Shown here one piece after another: positions 1 through 8,807 of a stretch of DNA of 57,566 nucleotides (positions within the stretch are counted from its first letter, which is position 1; every line of letters begins with the position of its first letter). The notes under the pieces are model-generated. The model had not been told where the DNA came from. It searched no databases and saw only the letters and a list, made by a program, of their open reading frames with translations. Source of the DNA: Nitrospirota bacterium (GTDB lineage: Bacteria; Nitrospirota; Nitrospiria; Nitrospirales; NS-4); contig SCTG01000101.1 in assembly GCA_004298335.1 (NCBI GenBank), forward strand, positions 1 through 57,566, read 5' to 3'. A program made the position numbers and the translations under genes.

Positions 1-1
1 G

Positions 2-310
2 GTTGATGAGGCGATCAAGAAAACGGCGGAATCGAAACGCCTGAAGATCGTGTTTGATTTTTGCGGCGACACTTCGGATTTTGCCGAAGGCTCCAGCGCG
101 ACGCTTGAACAGGGCGGCAAGATGATCAAAGGCGAGGTTGCCAAGCCGGACAAGGCCAAGAAAAATGACAAGGGGCCGGCCTATCGGGGCAAAGTCGCGG
201 CGTCCTTCGCGTACGGATCCTTCGACCCCAAGGCCCCCACCAAGATTACCCTCTTTCCGCCCATGGGCGACGCCATGAGCTGGGAGGTGAATTTCTCCAC
301 GATCAAATAG
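2..310 (+). CDS. 3' end of a CDS entering from the left edge; unknown function (possible type I secretion cargo, unproven)
   Basis: The frame is open from nt 2 (VDEAIKKTAESKRLKIVFDF...) to TAG at 308-310. GC3-rich codon usage. No family motif recognised and no GGxGxD repeats in the visible 102 aa. Confidence 0.5.
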   Translation, partial: VDEAIKKTAESKRLKIVFDFCGDTSDFAEGSSATLEQGGKMIKGEVAKPDKAKKNDKGPAYRGKVAASFAYGSFDPKAPTKITLFPPMGDAMSWEVNFSTIK

Positions 311-433
311 ACTCCGCTCGGTTCCGCCAGTTTCTAGAACTCCTGCCGGTCGATCGTTGAGGCATTCGCCTTCTTTCCCGGTATGTTTATTCTCTTCCTT
401 TATTAGTTTTTAAATTAGCTTATTAAATTTTCC

Positions 434-462
434 TTGACTCGTCCGCGCGCTGTTTTTACAGT
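434..462 (+). promoter_or_regulatory. Sigma70-like promoter, TTGACT-17 nt-TACAGT, preceded by an AT-rich UP-like tract
   Basis: TTGACT at 434-439, 17-nt spacer, TACAGT at 457-462. It lies about 50 nt upstream of the GTG start at 510. Nt 370-433 are strongly AT-rich in a GC-rich genome. Confidence 0.45.
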
Positions 463-509
463 GGGGGCCCGACCCGGGAAAGTGGGCGTGCGCATGGCTG
501 AGGCGATAC

Positions 510-2639
510 GTGCCTGATCACAAGCTCGATAGCGGGCTGGCCTGTCTCCTGATTTTGTCCCGGTACTACAGCGTGCCGGCGGACGGGGCGCAGCTGCAAC
601 ATCTGTTCGGCCAATCCGGCAAGGCGCTGGACGAAACGGACCTGCTCCGGGCCGCCAAGCAGCTCGGTTTCAAGGCCGGCTTGGTAGACAGCGAGTGGTC
701 GCGGCTGTCCGTGATCCCGTTGCCTGCTATCGCGCGGCTGAAAGACGGCCGCCATGTCGTGCTGGCCAAGGCCGAGGCGGAAAAAGTCCTGGTTCAGGAC
801 CCCACCCAACCCAGCCCCCAGATCCTTCAGCGCCTGGCCTTCGAAGAAGCCTGGAGCGGGCAGCTTATGTTGCTCGCGAAACGCACGAACCTCAGGCCAG
901 AGGACCGCACGTTCGACTTCACCTGGTTCATTCCCGCCATTGTGAAATACCGGAAGCATCTGGGCGAAGTTCTACTGGCCTCGTTTTTTATCCAGGTGTT
1001 TGCGCTGCTGACCCCGCTGTTCACCCAGGTGATCATCGACAAGGTGCTGGTCCACAAGGGGATGACGACGCTGCACGTGCTCGCCATCGGCATGGTGGCG
1101 CTCACGCTGTTCGACGTGGTCCTGGGCGGGCTGCGGACCTATGTGTTCTCCCATACCACCAGCCGGATCGATGTGGGGCTGGGCGCGCAGTTGTTCCGGC
1201 ACCTGCTGGCGCTGCCGCTGGCCTATTTCGAGGCGCGTCGCGTCGGGGACACGGTGGCGCGCGTCCGCGAACTGGGCACCATCCGACAGTTCCTCACCGG
1301 CTCGGCGGTCACGGTCGTGATCGATTCGTTCTTCACCGTCGTGTTCATCGCCGTGATGGTCTTTTACAGTCCTCTGCTGACGCTCCTGGTGGTGGGGGCC
1401 CTGCCTCTGTATATCGCCTTCTCCGCGCTGGCGACGCCGATCTTTCGGGCCAGGCTGAACGAAAAATTCAACCGGGGAGCGGAGAATCAGGCCTTTTTGG
1501 TGGAGTCCATCAACGGCATCCAGACGCTCAAAGCCATGGCAATCGAACCTCCCATGCAGCGCAAGTGGGAGGAGCAACTGGCCGGCTACGTCCAGGCCAG
1601 TTTTCGCGCAACCACCCTCGGAAATACGGCCGGACAGGTCGCGTCCTTCATCAGCAAGATCACCACCATCGCGATCATATGGCTTGGAGCCCAGCTCGTC
1701 ATGACCGGCGAGCTTAGCATCGGCCAGTTGATCGCGTTTACGATGCTGGCCGCTCAGGTCAATGCGCCGGTGCTGCGCATCGTGCAGTTGTGGCAGGACT
1801 TCCAACAGGCCGGCATCTCGGTCCAGCGCCTGGGAGACATCCTGAACCAGCCGGTCGAAGCGTCCCATCCCGGCCGCACGACGTTGCCCAGCCTGGCAGG
1901 GCGTGTTGTCTTCGAGGACGTTGTGTTTCGATACCGGCCGGACGGGCCGGAGGTCTTGCGCAGGGTGTCGTTCCAGGTGATGCCGGGAAAAGTCATCGGG
2001 ATCGTCGGCCGGTCGGGGTCCGGCAAGAGCACCATAGCCAAGCTGATCCAGCGCCTGTACATTCCGGAGCGGGGGCGGGTGCTGATCGATGGGATCGATC
2101 TCGCGCAGATCGACCCGGTGTGGCTGCGCCGCCAGGTGGGCGTGGTGCTCCAGGAGAACTTCCTGTTCAACCGCTCGGTGCGGGACAACATCGCGCTGTC
2201 GGATCCGGGCATGGCGATGGACCGGGTGGTCCAGGCTGCGAAGCTCGCGGGCGCGCACGACTTCATCCTGGAGCTGCCGGAGGCCTATGACACGATGGTG
2301 GGCGAGCACGGCTGTTCGTTGTCGGGCGGACAGCGCCAGCGGATCGCCATCGCCCGCGCCCTGATCGCCAATCCTCGCATTTTGATCTTCGACGAAGCGA
2401 CCAGCGCGCTGGATTACGAATCCGAAGCCATCATCCAGGCCAACCTGGCCCAGATCTGCCAGGGGCGGACGGTCTTCATCGTCGCGCACCGTCTCAGCAC
2501 CGTGCGTCCTGCAAGCCGTATCTACGTGATCGAAAAGGGCGAGATCATGGAACAGGGGACGCACGACGAACTGCTGAAGCTTAACGGCTACTATGCACGG
2601 CTGCACAAGCACCAGGACGGTACTTATGCGGTTGCGTGA
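510..2639 (+). CDS. Type I secretion system ABC transporter (HlyB family) with N-terminal C39-like domain
   Basis: 709 aa. N-terminal peptidase-C39-like domain (LDSGLACLLIL...GRHVVLAK), ABC membrane domain, Walker A GRSGSGKST, signature LSGGQRQRIAIARAL, Walker B ILIFDEATSALD. GTG start. Confidence 0.93.
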   Translation: MPDHKLDSGLACLLILSRYYSVPADGAQLQHLFGQSGKALDETDLLRAAKQLGFKAGLVDSEWSRLSVIPLPAIARLKDGRHVVLAKAEAEKVLVQDPTQPSPQILQRLAFEEAWSGQLMLLAKRTNLRPEDRTFDFTWFIPAIVKYRKHLGEVLLASFFIQVFALLTPLFTQVIIDKVLVHKGMTTLHVLAIGMVALTLFDVVLGGLRTYVFSHTTSRIDVGLGAQLFRHLLALPLAYFEARRVGDTVARVRELGTIRQFLTGSAVTVVIDSFFTVVFIAVMVFYSPLLTLLVVGALPLYIAFSALATPIFRARLNEKFNRGAENQAFLVESINGIQTLKAMAIEPPMQRKWEEQLAGYVQASFRATTLGNTAGQVASFISKITTIAIIWLGAQLVMTGELSIGQLIAFTMLAAQVNAPVLRIVQLWQDFQQAGISVQRLGDILNQPVEASHPGRTTLPSLAGRVVFEDVVFRYRPDGPEVLRRVSFQVMPGKVIGIVGRSGSGKSTIAKLIQRLYIPERGRVLIDGIDLAQIDPVWLRRQVGVVLQENFLFNRSVRDNIALSDPGMAMDRVVQAAKLAGAHDFILELPEAYDTMVGEHGCSLSGGQRQRIAIARALIANPRILIFDEATSALDYESEAIIQANLAQICQGRTVFIVAHRLSTVRPASRIYVIEKGEIMEQGTHDELLKLNGYYARLHKHQDGTYAVA

Positions 2640-3972
2640 GGCGGAGTTCCTGCCGGCCGTGCTGGAAATCCAGGATGCTCCGCCGTCTCCGGTCGGCCGC
2701 GCCGTCGGTGGCACCATCATGGCCGTCTTTCTTGCCGGTCTCGTATGGTCCTGCATTGGCAAGATCGATATCGTGGCCGTGGCGCCTGGCAAAGTCATTC
2801 CTAGCGGGTATTCGAAGGTGATCCAGTCGTTGGAGGCGGGGGTCATCCGGGCCATTCACGTGAAGGACGGGCAAGCGGTCAAGCAGGGGGAGGTGCTGAT
2901 CGAGTTAGATCCGACCGTGAACACGGCCGAAGGGGCACGCCTGAGCAATGAATACTGGTCGGCGGTGGTCCAGACCGCGCGGTTGCGGGCGCTGATCGCC
3001 GGCAGGGACATGCTCACTGCGCCCCCCCATGCGGACGCGAAGTTTGTGGCTGTGCAACAGCACATGCTGCGCAGCCAATTGGCCGAGCATCAGTCTCGCG
3101 TCGCGGCGGCGCAACATGTGATCAATCAGCGAAAGGCCGCGCTGGCCGCCACCCTGACGAGCATCGCGCACTTGGAAGAGACGGTGCCGATCCAGACCGA
3201 GCGCGCCGTGTCCTTCAAGAAGCTGTTGACGGATGAATATGCGTCCCGAATGGAATACTTGGCGGCCGAAAAGCAGCGTGTGGACGAGGTGAAGGAACTG
3301 GCCAGACAGAAGGACGTATCGAGTCAGGACCGGGCGGCCCTTGCGGAGGCGGAACAGAATTATCGGGTCCTGATCTCAGAATTCCGAAAGAGCCGCCACG
3401 ATGAATTGAACGAACAGGAGATGAAGGCCGCGTCGCTGTTTCAACAGCGTGTCCAGGCCACACAGCGGACGGGCTTGCAGCAGTTGACGGCGTCCATTGA
3501 CGGAAAAGTGCAGCAGCTGGCCGTACACACGCTTGGCGGCGTGGTGACACCGGCCCAGCAGCTGTTGCTGATCGTGCCCGATGAGCAGCATGTGGAAGCC
3601 GAAGTGATGGTGGAGAACAAGGACATCGGGTTTGTGCAGGAGGGCCAACCCGTCGAGATGAAGATCGAGACGTTCCCCTTTACGCGTTACGGCCTCATTG
3701 ACGGCCGGATCGTCAATGTCTCCAATGACGCGGTGCAGGTGGATAAGAGCGGGCAGGTGGTGCCGAGCACGTCGAGCCAGCAAGGGGGCACGTTGGTCTA
3801 TCCGGCGCGGGTGAGTCTGGCGACCGCTGTCATTCAGGTGGAGGGCAAGCCGGTCACGCTCGCGCCCGGCATGGCCGTGACGGCCGAGATCAAGACCGGC
3901 CAGCGCCGGCTGATCGAATTCTTCCTCAGTCCGCTCTTGAAATCGGTACAGGAAACCGCGCGGGAACGCTAG
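2626..3972 (+). CDS. Type I secretion membrane fusion protein (HlyD family)
   Basis: ATG at 2626 (MRLREAEFLPAVLEIQ) overlaps the ABC gene stop by 14 nt. N-terminal TM segment (IMAVFLAGLVWSCIG), long coiled-coil middle, C-terminal HlyD-type barrel (VTAEIKTGQRRLIEFFLSPL). Confidence 0.9.
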   Translation: MRLREAEFLPAVLEIQDAPPSPVGRAVGGTIMAVFLAGLVWSCIGKIDIVAVAPGKVIPSGYSKVIQSLEAGVIRAIHVKDGQAVKQGEVLIELDPTVNTAEGARLSNEYWSAVVQTARLRALIAGRDMLTAPPHADAKFVAVQQHMLRSQLAEHQSRVAAAQHVINQRKAALAATLTSIAHLEETVPIQTERAVSFKKLLTDEYASRMEYLAAEKQRVDEVKELARQKDVSSQDRAALAEAEQNYRVLISEFRKSRHDELNEQEMKAASLFQQRVQATQRTGLQQLTASIDGKVQQLAVHTLGGVVTPAQQLLLIVPDEQHVEAEVMVENKDIGFVQEGQPVEMKIETFPFTRYGLIDGRIVNVSNDAVQVDKSGQVVPSTSSQQGGTLVYPARVSLATAVIQVEGKPVTLAPGMAVTAEIKTGQRRLIEFFLSPLLKSVQETARER

Positions 3973-4012
3973 GGCTTATCGGCAAGGCTCTCGGCGGGGA
4001 GGTGCAGCGGCG

Positions 4013-4318
4013 TTACTGCAAGCGATCCAGCTGCGCCTCGTTGATCGCCCTCGTGTTTCCCTGTGGCTGATGGGAGTCGCCGGTGGCGAGCGTATACCCG
4101 TAGGCTTCCATGCACCGAACGATAACGTGCTCGTCGGGCAACATGTACACGGGTTCAGTGAAAGGAACCGGCTCGGGCGAGGCCATGTTCTTGCATGCCG
4201 CCAGCGCCTGCGTTGCCTCAGTGTCCGTCTTCCCGGTCGGAACCCAGTGCTCCGGCTCCGTTTTACATCCTGTCAGCAGGACCATCGAGCACATGACGAC
4301 TAACCATTTCCTGGCCAT
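4013..4318 (-). CDS. Small lipoprotein, unknown function
   Basis: Internal ATG at 4318 gives MARKWLVVMCSMVLLTGC, a signal peptide plus lipobox (LLTGC). 101 aa. The longer 163-aa track ORF has no supporting features upstream. Confidence 0.55.
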   Translation of the reverse strand: MARKWLVVMCSMVLLTGCKTEPEHWVPTGKTDTEATQALAACKNMASPEPVPFTEPVYMLPDEHVIVRCMEAYGYTLATGDSHQPQGNTRAINEAQLDRLQ

Positions 4319-4504
4319 TTTTCTCACCTCCCTTGAGCGGAACATCATCAACTCCGATGCCAAGGCGAGATGGCCTATGAAATCAATTGGTTGGAACAAT
4401 CGGCGAAATAGATCGGTATCGCTTGCGATACGAGCGTGTATCTTTCCTTCACATACGGGCTGGATCGCTTTTGGAAACTGCACGGGAGCCGCTGGACGGA
4501 GCAC

Positions 4505-5233
4505 TTACTGTTGGTTCTGGTGTTTCTGGAGGGCCTGCTTTGCTTTCCTGCTTTCGGTGATGTCAATGGATATCGCGCCGATGGCTTCGACGTTTCCACG
4601 GTCATCATGCACAGGAAACTTATAGGTGTGGTAGTAGCGCTGTCCGTCACGAGTGGCGATCACTTCGTCGGTCATCACAGGGCTGGTTAAGGGCGCGATC
4701 TTCTCTTCTGTAGTACCCAGCAGCTTGTCCGACTTGAAGATCCATTCTTCATCTTCGATTCGAACGATGGTCGCATGCCCCGCGCTCATGCCCGCGTTTT
4801 TCCAAGCTTGATTGACCAGCGTGTATTGTCCGTTTGGGGTGGATACGGAAATCGGCGCCGGCACGGAATCCAGCAGACAAACAAGAAAACGCCGATTTTT
4901 GCGCAGGGCATCTTCTGCTTTGTAGCGTGCTTCTATGATCGAACTCGTCAGGATGGACAGCAGGATGAAGAAGCCCAGTTTCAGAACGTCTTCTAAGGCC
5001 TCAACAGCGAACGAGTCATCAGGAGGCAGGATGAAGTAGGCCATCCCCAAAACTGACAGCACGCTCGACAATAAACCCGGCCACAGGCCGCCATGCCAGG
5101 CACTGATCACCACCGCAATGGCACTTAGCAAAAAGGTATTCAGCCCAAATTGAGACACGAGCAGAATGGCGAGGATAGGCAGCACGGACGCAATGCCGTA
5201 GCTGAGAAATGGCAATGGCGTCTTGTTCCGCAT
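4505..5233 (-). CDS. Membrane sensor-like protein: DUF4118-like multi-TM N-terminus plus PAS domain, with no kinase or other output domain
   Basis: 242 aa. Three to four hydrophobic helices in the first ~100 aa, then a PAS-like segment (RKNRRFLVCLLDSVPAPISVSTPNGQYTLVNQAW...RYYHTYKFPVHDDRGNVEAIGAISIDITESRKAKQAL). It ends where an H-box would normally follow. Confidence 0.7.
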   Translation of the reverse strand: MRNKTPLPFLSYGIASVLPILAILLVSQFGLNTFLLSAIAVVISAWHGGLWPGLLSSVLSVLGMAYFILPPDDSFAVEALEDVLKLGFFILLSILTSSIIEARYKAEDALRKNRRFLVCLLDSVPAPISVSTPNGQYTLVNQAWKNAGMSAGHATIVRIEDEEWIFKSDKLLGTTEEKIAPLTSPVMTDEVIATRDGQRYYHTYKFPVHDDRGNVEAIGAISIDITESRKAKQALQKHQNQQ

Positions 5234-5275
5234 GTCTGCGCCTAGCGGGAACGGCAGGGGTCGTTTTTGAGCCGG

Positions 5276-5653
5276 CTACGGTTTCTTTCCGCGCTTGGCC
5301 GGCTTGGTCTCCTTGGCCGACTTGGCGCGGTCCTCTTCTTTGGCGGCCAGGGCTTTTTTCGCCGCGTCCAACTGTGTAGACAAATCCGCCACCTGCTGGT
5401 TCGTTTGTTGAAGTCGCGCCTGGAGGTCCTGCACCTCCTGCTGAACACGCTTCAATTCACTCGAAAGCTTGGCCACATTCGTTTGGGCGGCTTGCAGGGC
5501 TTGCTTGGAGGGTTGACGCTCGGCATCGAGCTTGTTATAGGCCTCCCGCAGCGCGGCGTGCTGGTCCAACGAGACACAGCCCCACAGCGTCGGGGCAGCG
5601 ATGAGCATGACGAACAAAAATCGAAGCACGCGGCAATCTCCAGCCAAACGCAT
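5276..5653 (-). CDS. Coiled-coil lipoprotein with Lys-rich C-terminal tail
   Basis: ATG at 5653 gives MRLAGDCRVLRFLFVMLIAAPTLWGC (lipobox LWGC). Q/L/A-rich heptad-like body and a KETKPAKRGKKP tail. 125 aa. Confidence 0.6.
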   Translation of the reverse strand: MRLAGDCRVLRFLFVMLIAAPTLWGCVSLDQHAALREAYNKLDAERQPSKQALQAAQTNVAKLSSELKRVQQEVQDLQARLQQTNQQVADLSTQLDAAKKALAAKEEDRAKSAKETKPAKRGKKP

Positions 5654-5800
5654 CGTAGACACCTTTCGTTCGAGAAGCAAGCGGCAGCAGGGAGAAACGG
5701 CGCGGGATGCTTGGCCGGCGTCGTGCCGGCGTCCCGGGGTATCAATTTGTGCAGTCCTTTTGCAGGAGCTTCGGCGGCCCATTTTTGACAATCTTTCCTC

Positions 5801-5829
5801 TTGCTTTCTTGTGCATCTTTCTGTAGAGT
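5801..5829 (+). promoter_or_regulatory. Candidate sigma70-like promoter, TTGCTT-17-TAGAGT, upstream of the desaturase gene
   Basis: Hexamers at 5801-5806 and 5824-5829 with a 17-nt spacer. This would give a ~125-nt leader. Confidence 0.25.
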
Positions 5830-5958
5830 CAGCCGCGTTTGGCCGCTTCCAGAGGGCCTCTGGTGAGGACGCCGGTTGCGATTGATGGGCCCCGCAGGTT
5901 TCCAGCAACAAGCACACACAATTAAGGCACACGACGGGTCATCCTTGAACGTGAGGGA

Positions 5959-6837
5959 TTGAGAGTGGAGCATGTGATTGGCGCCAAGCAACAGCCGCCG
6001 TCGTTGGATTATCTGTCGCTGGGCTTGTTTTCCCTGGTCGTGGTCACTGCCCTTATAGCCGTTCCCGCTTTCGGGTACTTCATCGGATATACCTGGGTGG
6101 ACTGGGTCTTGCTGGTCATTCTCTACTATGTGTCGGGCATGGGCATTACCGTCGGCTATCACCGTCTGATTTCCCATCGAAGCTTCGAATGCCGGCCCTG
6201 GGTCAAGGTTGCCCTGCTGATTGCTGGGGGGTGGACGCTGGAAAATTCGGCCCTCAAGTGGTGCGCGGACCATATCCGGCACCATGCGCGGTGCGATGAG
6301 GAGGAAGATCCCTATAACGCCACGCGCGGCTTCTGGCACAGCCACCTGCTGTGGGTCTTCTATAAAAGCGATCCGCGCCTGAATGAAAAATACGAGGGCC
6401 CGCTTCGCAAGGACCCCATCGTCATGTGGCAGCACCGGTATTATGTGCCTGTCGTCCTGTCCGGCCTGGTGTTTCCCTTTTTCGTCGGGTACCTCTACAA
6501 CGGGTGGATGAGCGGCCTCGGGTGCTTTCTGCTGGCGGGCGTGGGGCGCACATTCCTGGTCCTGAACTCGACCTTCTGCATCAATTCGGTCTGTCATCTC
6601 TGGGGCGATCAGCCGCATACGTCGGCCGATTCGAGCCGGGACAATTGGGTGGTTTCGCTGCTGACTTTCGGCGAGGGATACCACAATTACCATCATGCGC
6701 ATCAGCGGGATTACCGGAACGGGCCGCGCTGGTACAATTTCGATCCTTCCAAGTGGTTCATCTTCTGCCTGTCCCTGACAGGTATGGCGTCGAACCTCTG
6801 CCGGATTCAGCCCGAGCGGGTCCGGTATCAGGCGTAG
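5959..6837 (+). CDS. Acyl-CoA/acyl-lipid delta-9 fatty acid desaturase (membrane, di-iron)
   Basis: Three histidine boxes: HRLISH, HIRHHARCD and GEGYHNYHHAH. Two hydrophobic hairpins. TTG start at 5959, so the exact start is uncertain. Confidence 0.9.
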   Translation: MRVEHVIGAKQQPPSLDYLSLGLFSLVVVTALIAVPAFGYFIGYTWVDWVLLVILYYVSGMGITVGYHRLISHRSFECRPWVKVALLIAGGWTLENSALKWCADHIRHHARCDEEEDPYNATRGFWHSHLLWVFYKSDPRLNEKYEGPLRKDPIVMWQHRYYVPVVLSGLVFPFFVGYLYNGWMSGLGCFLLAGVGRTFLVLNSTFCINSVCHLWGDQPHTSADSSRDNWVVSLLTFGEGYHNYHHAHQRDYRNGPRWYNFDPSKWFIFCLSLTGMASNLCRIQPERVRYQA

Positions 6838-6957
6838 ACGTGAGTTCGTGATATTGCTCGATCACGTGATTAACCCGGGAAGATCCCGTTGGGATCTGGG
6901 GGAAGTTTAACGGATGAACGAACCGCGCGGCGGTTCACAGTGTGAAAGGAGTCGTGT

Positions 6958-7245
6958 ATGGCGAAAGCGATGACGAAGTCTCAGACTGCGGAGCACTTGG
7001 CCGGCAAGGTCGGGATCACGAAGAAAGCGGCTGGTGAGTTCCTGGATCACCTGGCGGCGCTTGCCCACAAGGAGGCCAAGAACACCTTCACGATGCCGGG
7101 TATCGGCAAGCTCGTGCTGGTGAACCGGAAGGCCCGGATGGGCCGCAACCCGCAGACTGGTGAGGCGATCAAGATCCCGGCGAAGCGGGTGGTGAAATTC
7201 CGGGTGGCAAAAGCCTGCAAGGACTCGGTACTGGGGAAGAAGTAA
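6958..7245 (+). CDS. hup: HU/IHF-family nucleoid-associated DNA-binding protein
   Basis: 95 aa. MTKSQTAEHLA...GIGKLVLVNRKARMGRNPQTGEAIKIPAKRVVKFRVAK matches the HU fold and beta-arm signature. SD AAAGGAG lies upstream. Confidence 0.9.
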   Translation: MAKAMTKSQTAEHLAGKVGITKKAAGEFLDHLAALAHKEAKNTFTMPGIGKLVLVNRKARMGRNPQTGEAIKIPAKRVVKFRVAKACKDSVLGKK

Positions 7246-7271
7246 CCACATTCCTTCCGAAGTGATGCGCG

Positions 7272-7314
7272 AGGAGGGCCGCTCGGGATCGCCGGGCGGC
7301 CCTCCTTCGTTTTT
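7272..7314 (+). terminator. Rho-independent terminator after hup
   Basis: 11-bp GC stem AGGAGGGCCGC / GCGGCCCTCCT (7272-7282 and 7296-7306) followed by TCGTTTTT. Confidence 0.75.
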
Positions 7315-7327
7315 CAGGGAGCAGCGG

Positions 7328-7678
7328 TCAGAGCAGCGACTTGACGCTTTCCGGAGGACGCCCCAGGATGGCCTTGTCGTCCGTCTCGATGATCGGGCGC
7401 TGAATCAGTTCAGGATGGATCACCATGAGCTTGATCAAGTCCTCGTCGCTCAGCGTCTTCTCGTCCAATTGCAGTTTCTTGTACGTGTCTTCTTTCGTGC
7501 GGAGCAGATCGCGTGGAGGGATGCCCAGTTTTTGGATCAGCCGGCGGAGCGTCGCCGGGGAAAGCGGTGTCGCGAAATAGTCGATGGTGACGAACTTCGC
7601 TTTGGCTTCACGGAGGAGGGCCAGGGTCTGGCGGCACGTCGAGCAACTCGGTTTCTGATAGACGGTCAGCTTCTCCAT
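7328..7678 (-). CDS. ArsC/Spx/YffB-family thioredoxin-fold protein
   Basis: ATG at 7678: MEKLTVYQKPSCSTCRQTLALLREAKAKFVTIDY...IQRPII, typical of the ArsC (glutaredoxin-type)/Spx family. 116 aa. Confidence 0.8.
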   Translation of the reverse strand: MEKLTVYQKPSCSTCRQTLALLREAKAKFVTIDYFATPLSPATLRRLIQKLGIPPRDLLRTKEDTYKKLQLDEKTLSDEDLIKLMVIHPELIQRPIIETDDKAILGRPPESVKSLL

Positions 7679-7784
7679 AGAATGTCGGTTCCCTTCTTGA
7701 GGTAGGTGTAGCAATGGATGAGACGGCTTGTCAAGCGCGGGCGGAAGTGGTGAAGGACGCCGGAGAGGAGAGGGTGAGGCGCGC

Positions 7785-8774
7785 GTGAGCAGGGTTCCCG
7801 GCAGTGTCGGGTTGGGGGTGGTCGGCATGGGCCGTCACGGCAGCCGGTACGTGAAGCATCTGCTCGATGGCGTGCCGGGCTGTCACCTCGCCGCCGTGTC
7901 TCGGACGGATACGGCCGCGGGGCGTGCGTTCACCGAGCGACACGGGGTGCCGTTCTTTGCCGACTGGCGGGAGCTCGTGACGCGGTCTGAGGTCGAGGCG
8001 GTCGTGGCCGTCACGCCGCCGGGTTTGAACCGGGACATCTGCCTCTCGGCCGCACGAGCCGGCAAGCCCATGCTGATCGAGAAGCCGCTGGCGCTGACGG
8101 TGGCCGAGGGCCGCGAGATGGTTGACGCGGCTCGTGCCGCCGGGGTGCTGTTGATGACGGCCCAGACGCTTCGCTTCACGCCGGTCCTAGAGCGGCTGCG
8201 ATCGTCTCTCCCGCTGATCGCCCCCCTCGAGTATCTCTCCCTGACGATGCGGGCCGAACGGCCCCCCCATACCTGGCTGGATGATCCGGCGCAAGCGGGC
8301 GGGGGCGTCCTGCTGGAGATCGGCATCCATCTATTGGACCTGATTCGCTATCTGACGGGGGAGGAAGCGGTGGAGGCCGCGGGCGAGATGGATCGGCGGC
8401 ACACTGCCCGGGTCGAAGACCTCGCCCAGGTGCGGTTCCGCTTGGCCTCGGGGCTTCCCTGTTATGTGGAGGTGTCACGAGTGTCCGGGGGGCGCGTCTG
8501 CCGTGCGGAGGCGGTCGGGCAGGCCGGACAGTTGCTCGCGGACGTCGACCGGAGCCTGTTGACCCGGATCGAAGGGCGGGCGATTGCGGCGGCCGAGTCT
8601 GTCCCTGACCGTCCCGCTGTCGTCATGGTCTTGGAGGCGTTCGCCCGGAGCCTCATGACCGGAGCCCCTGTTCCCGTTTCCGGAGAGGACGGGCTGCGGG
8701 CGGTCGCGATGGCGGAAGCCTGTTACCGCGCGGCCCGCGAAGGGCGTCCGGTCCCCGTGAACCGGACGGCTTGA
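7785..8774 (+). CDS. Gfo/Idh/MocA-family NAD(P)-dependent oxidoreductase
   Basis: Rossmann motif GLGVVGMGRHG close to the GTG at 7785, and an EKPLA motif (MLIEKPLALT). The start is uncertain; the track ORF begins at a TTG at 7728. Confidence 0.8.
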   Translation: MSRVPGSVGLGVVGMGRHGSRYVKHLLDGVPGCHLAAVSRTDTAAGRAFTERHGVPFFADWRELVTRSEVEAVVAVTPPGLNRDICLSAARAGKPMLIEKPLALTVAEGREMVDAARAAGVLLMTAQTLRFTPVLERLRSSLPLIAPLEYLSLTMRAERPPHTWLDDPAQAGGGVLLEIGIHLLDLIRYLTGEEAVEAAGEMDRRHTARVEDLAQVRFRLASGLPCYVEVSRVSGGRVCRAEAVGQAGQLLADVDRSLLTRIEGRAIAAAESVPDRPAVVMVLEAFARSLMTGAPVPVSGEDGLRAVAMAEACYRAAREGRPVPVNRTA

Positions 8775-8807
8775 CCGCTTTCGGAAACGGGTGGTATAGA
8801 TAGCGCC

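Noticed and set aside
972-2855. 627-aa minus-strand ORF antisense to the T1SS ABC gene
   Set aside because: Arg/Gly/Asp/His/Pro-rich with no motifs. It is a typical GC-driven shadow ORF opposite a gene with unambiguous ABC motifs.
4013-5233. The PAS-protein ORF and the downstream 163-aa ORF are in the same frame, separated by a single TAA (4505-4507); considered as a pseudogenised or read-through longer sensor
   Set aside because: The sequence after the stop has no H-box/DHp or HATPase features. A clean signal peptide plus lipobox begins at an internal ATG (4318), so these are two separate genes. Sharing a frame has a one-in-three chance.
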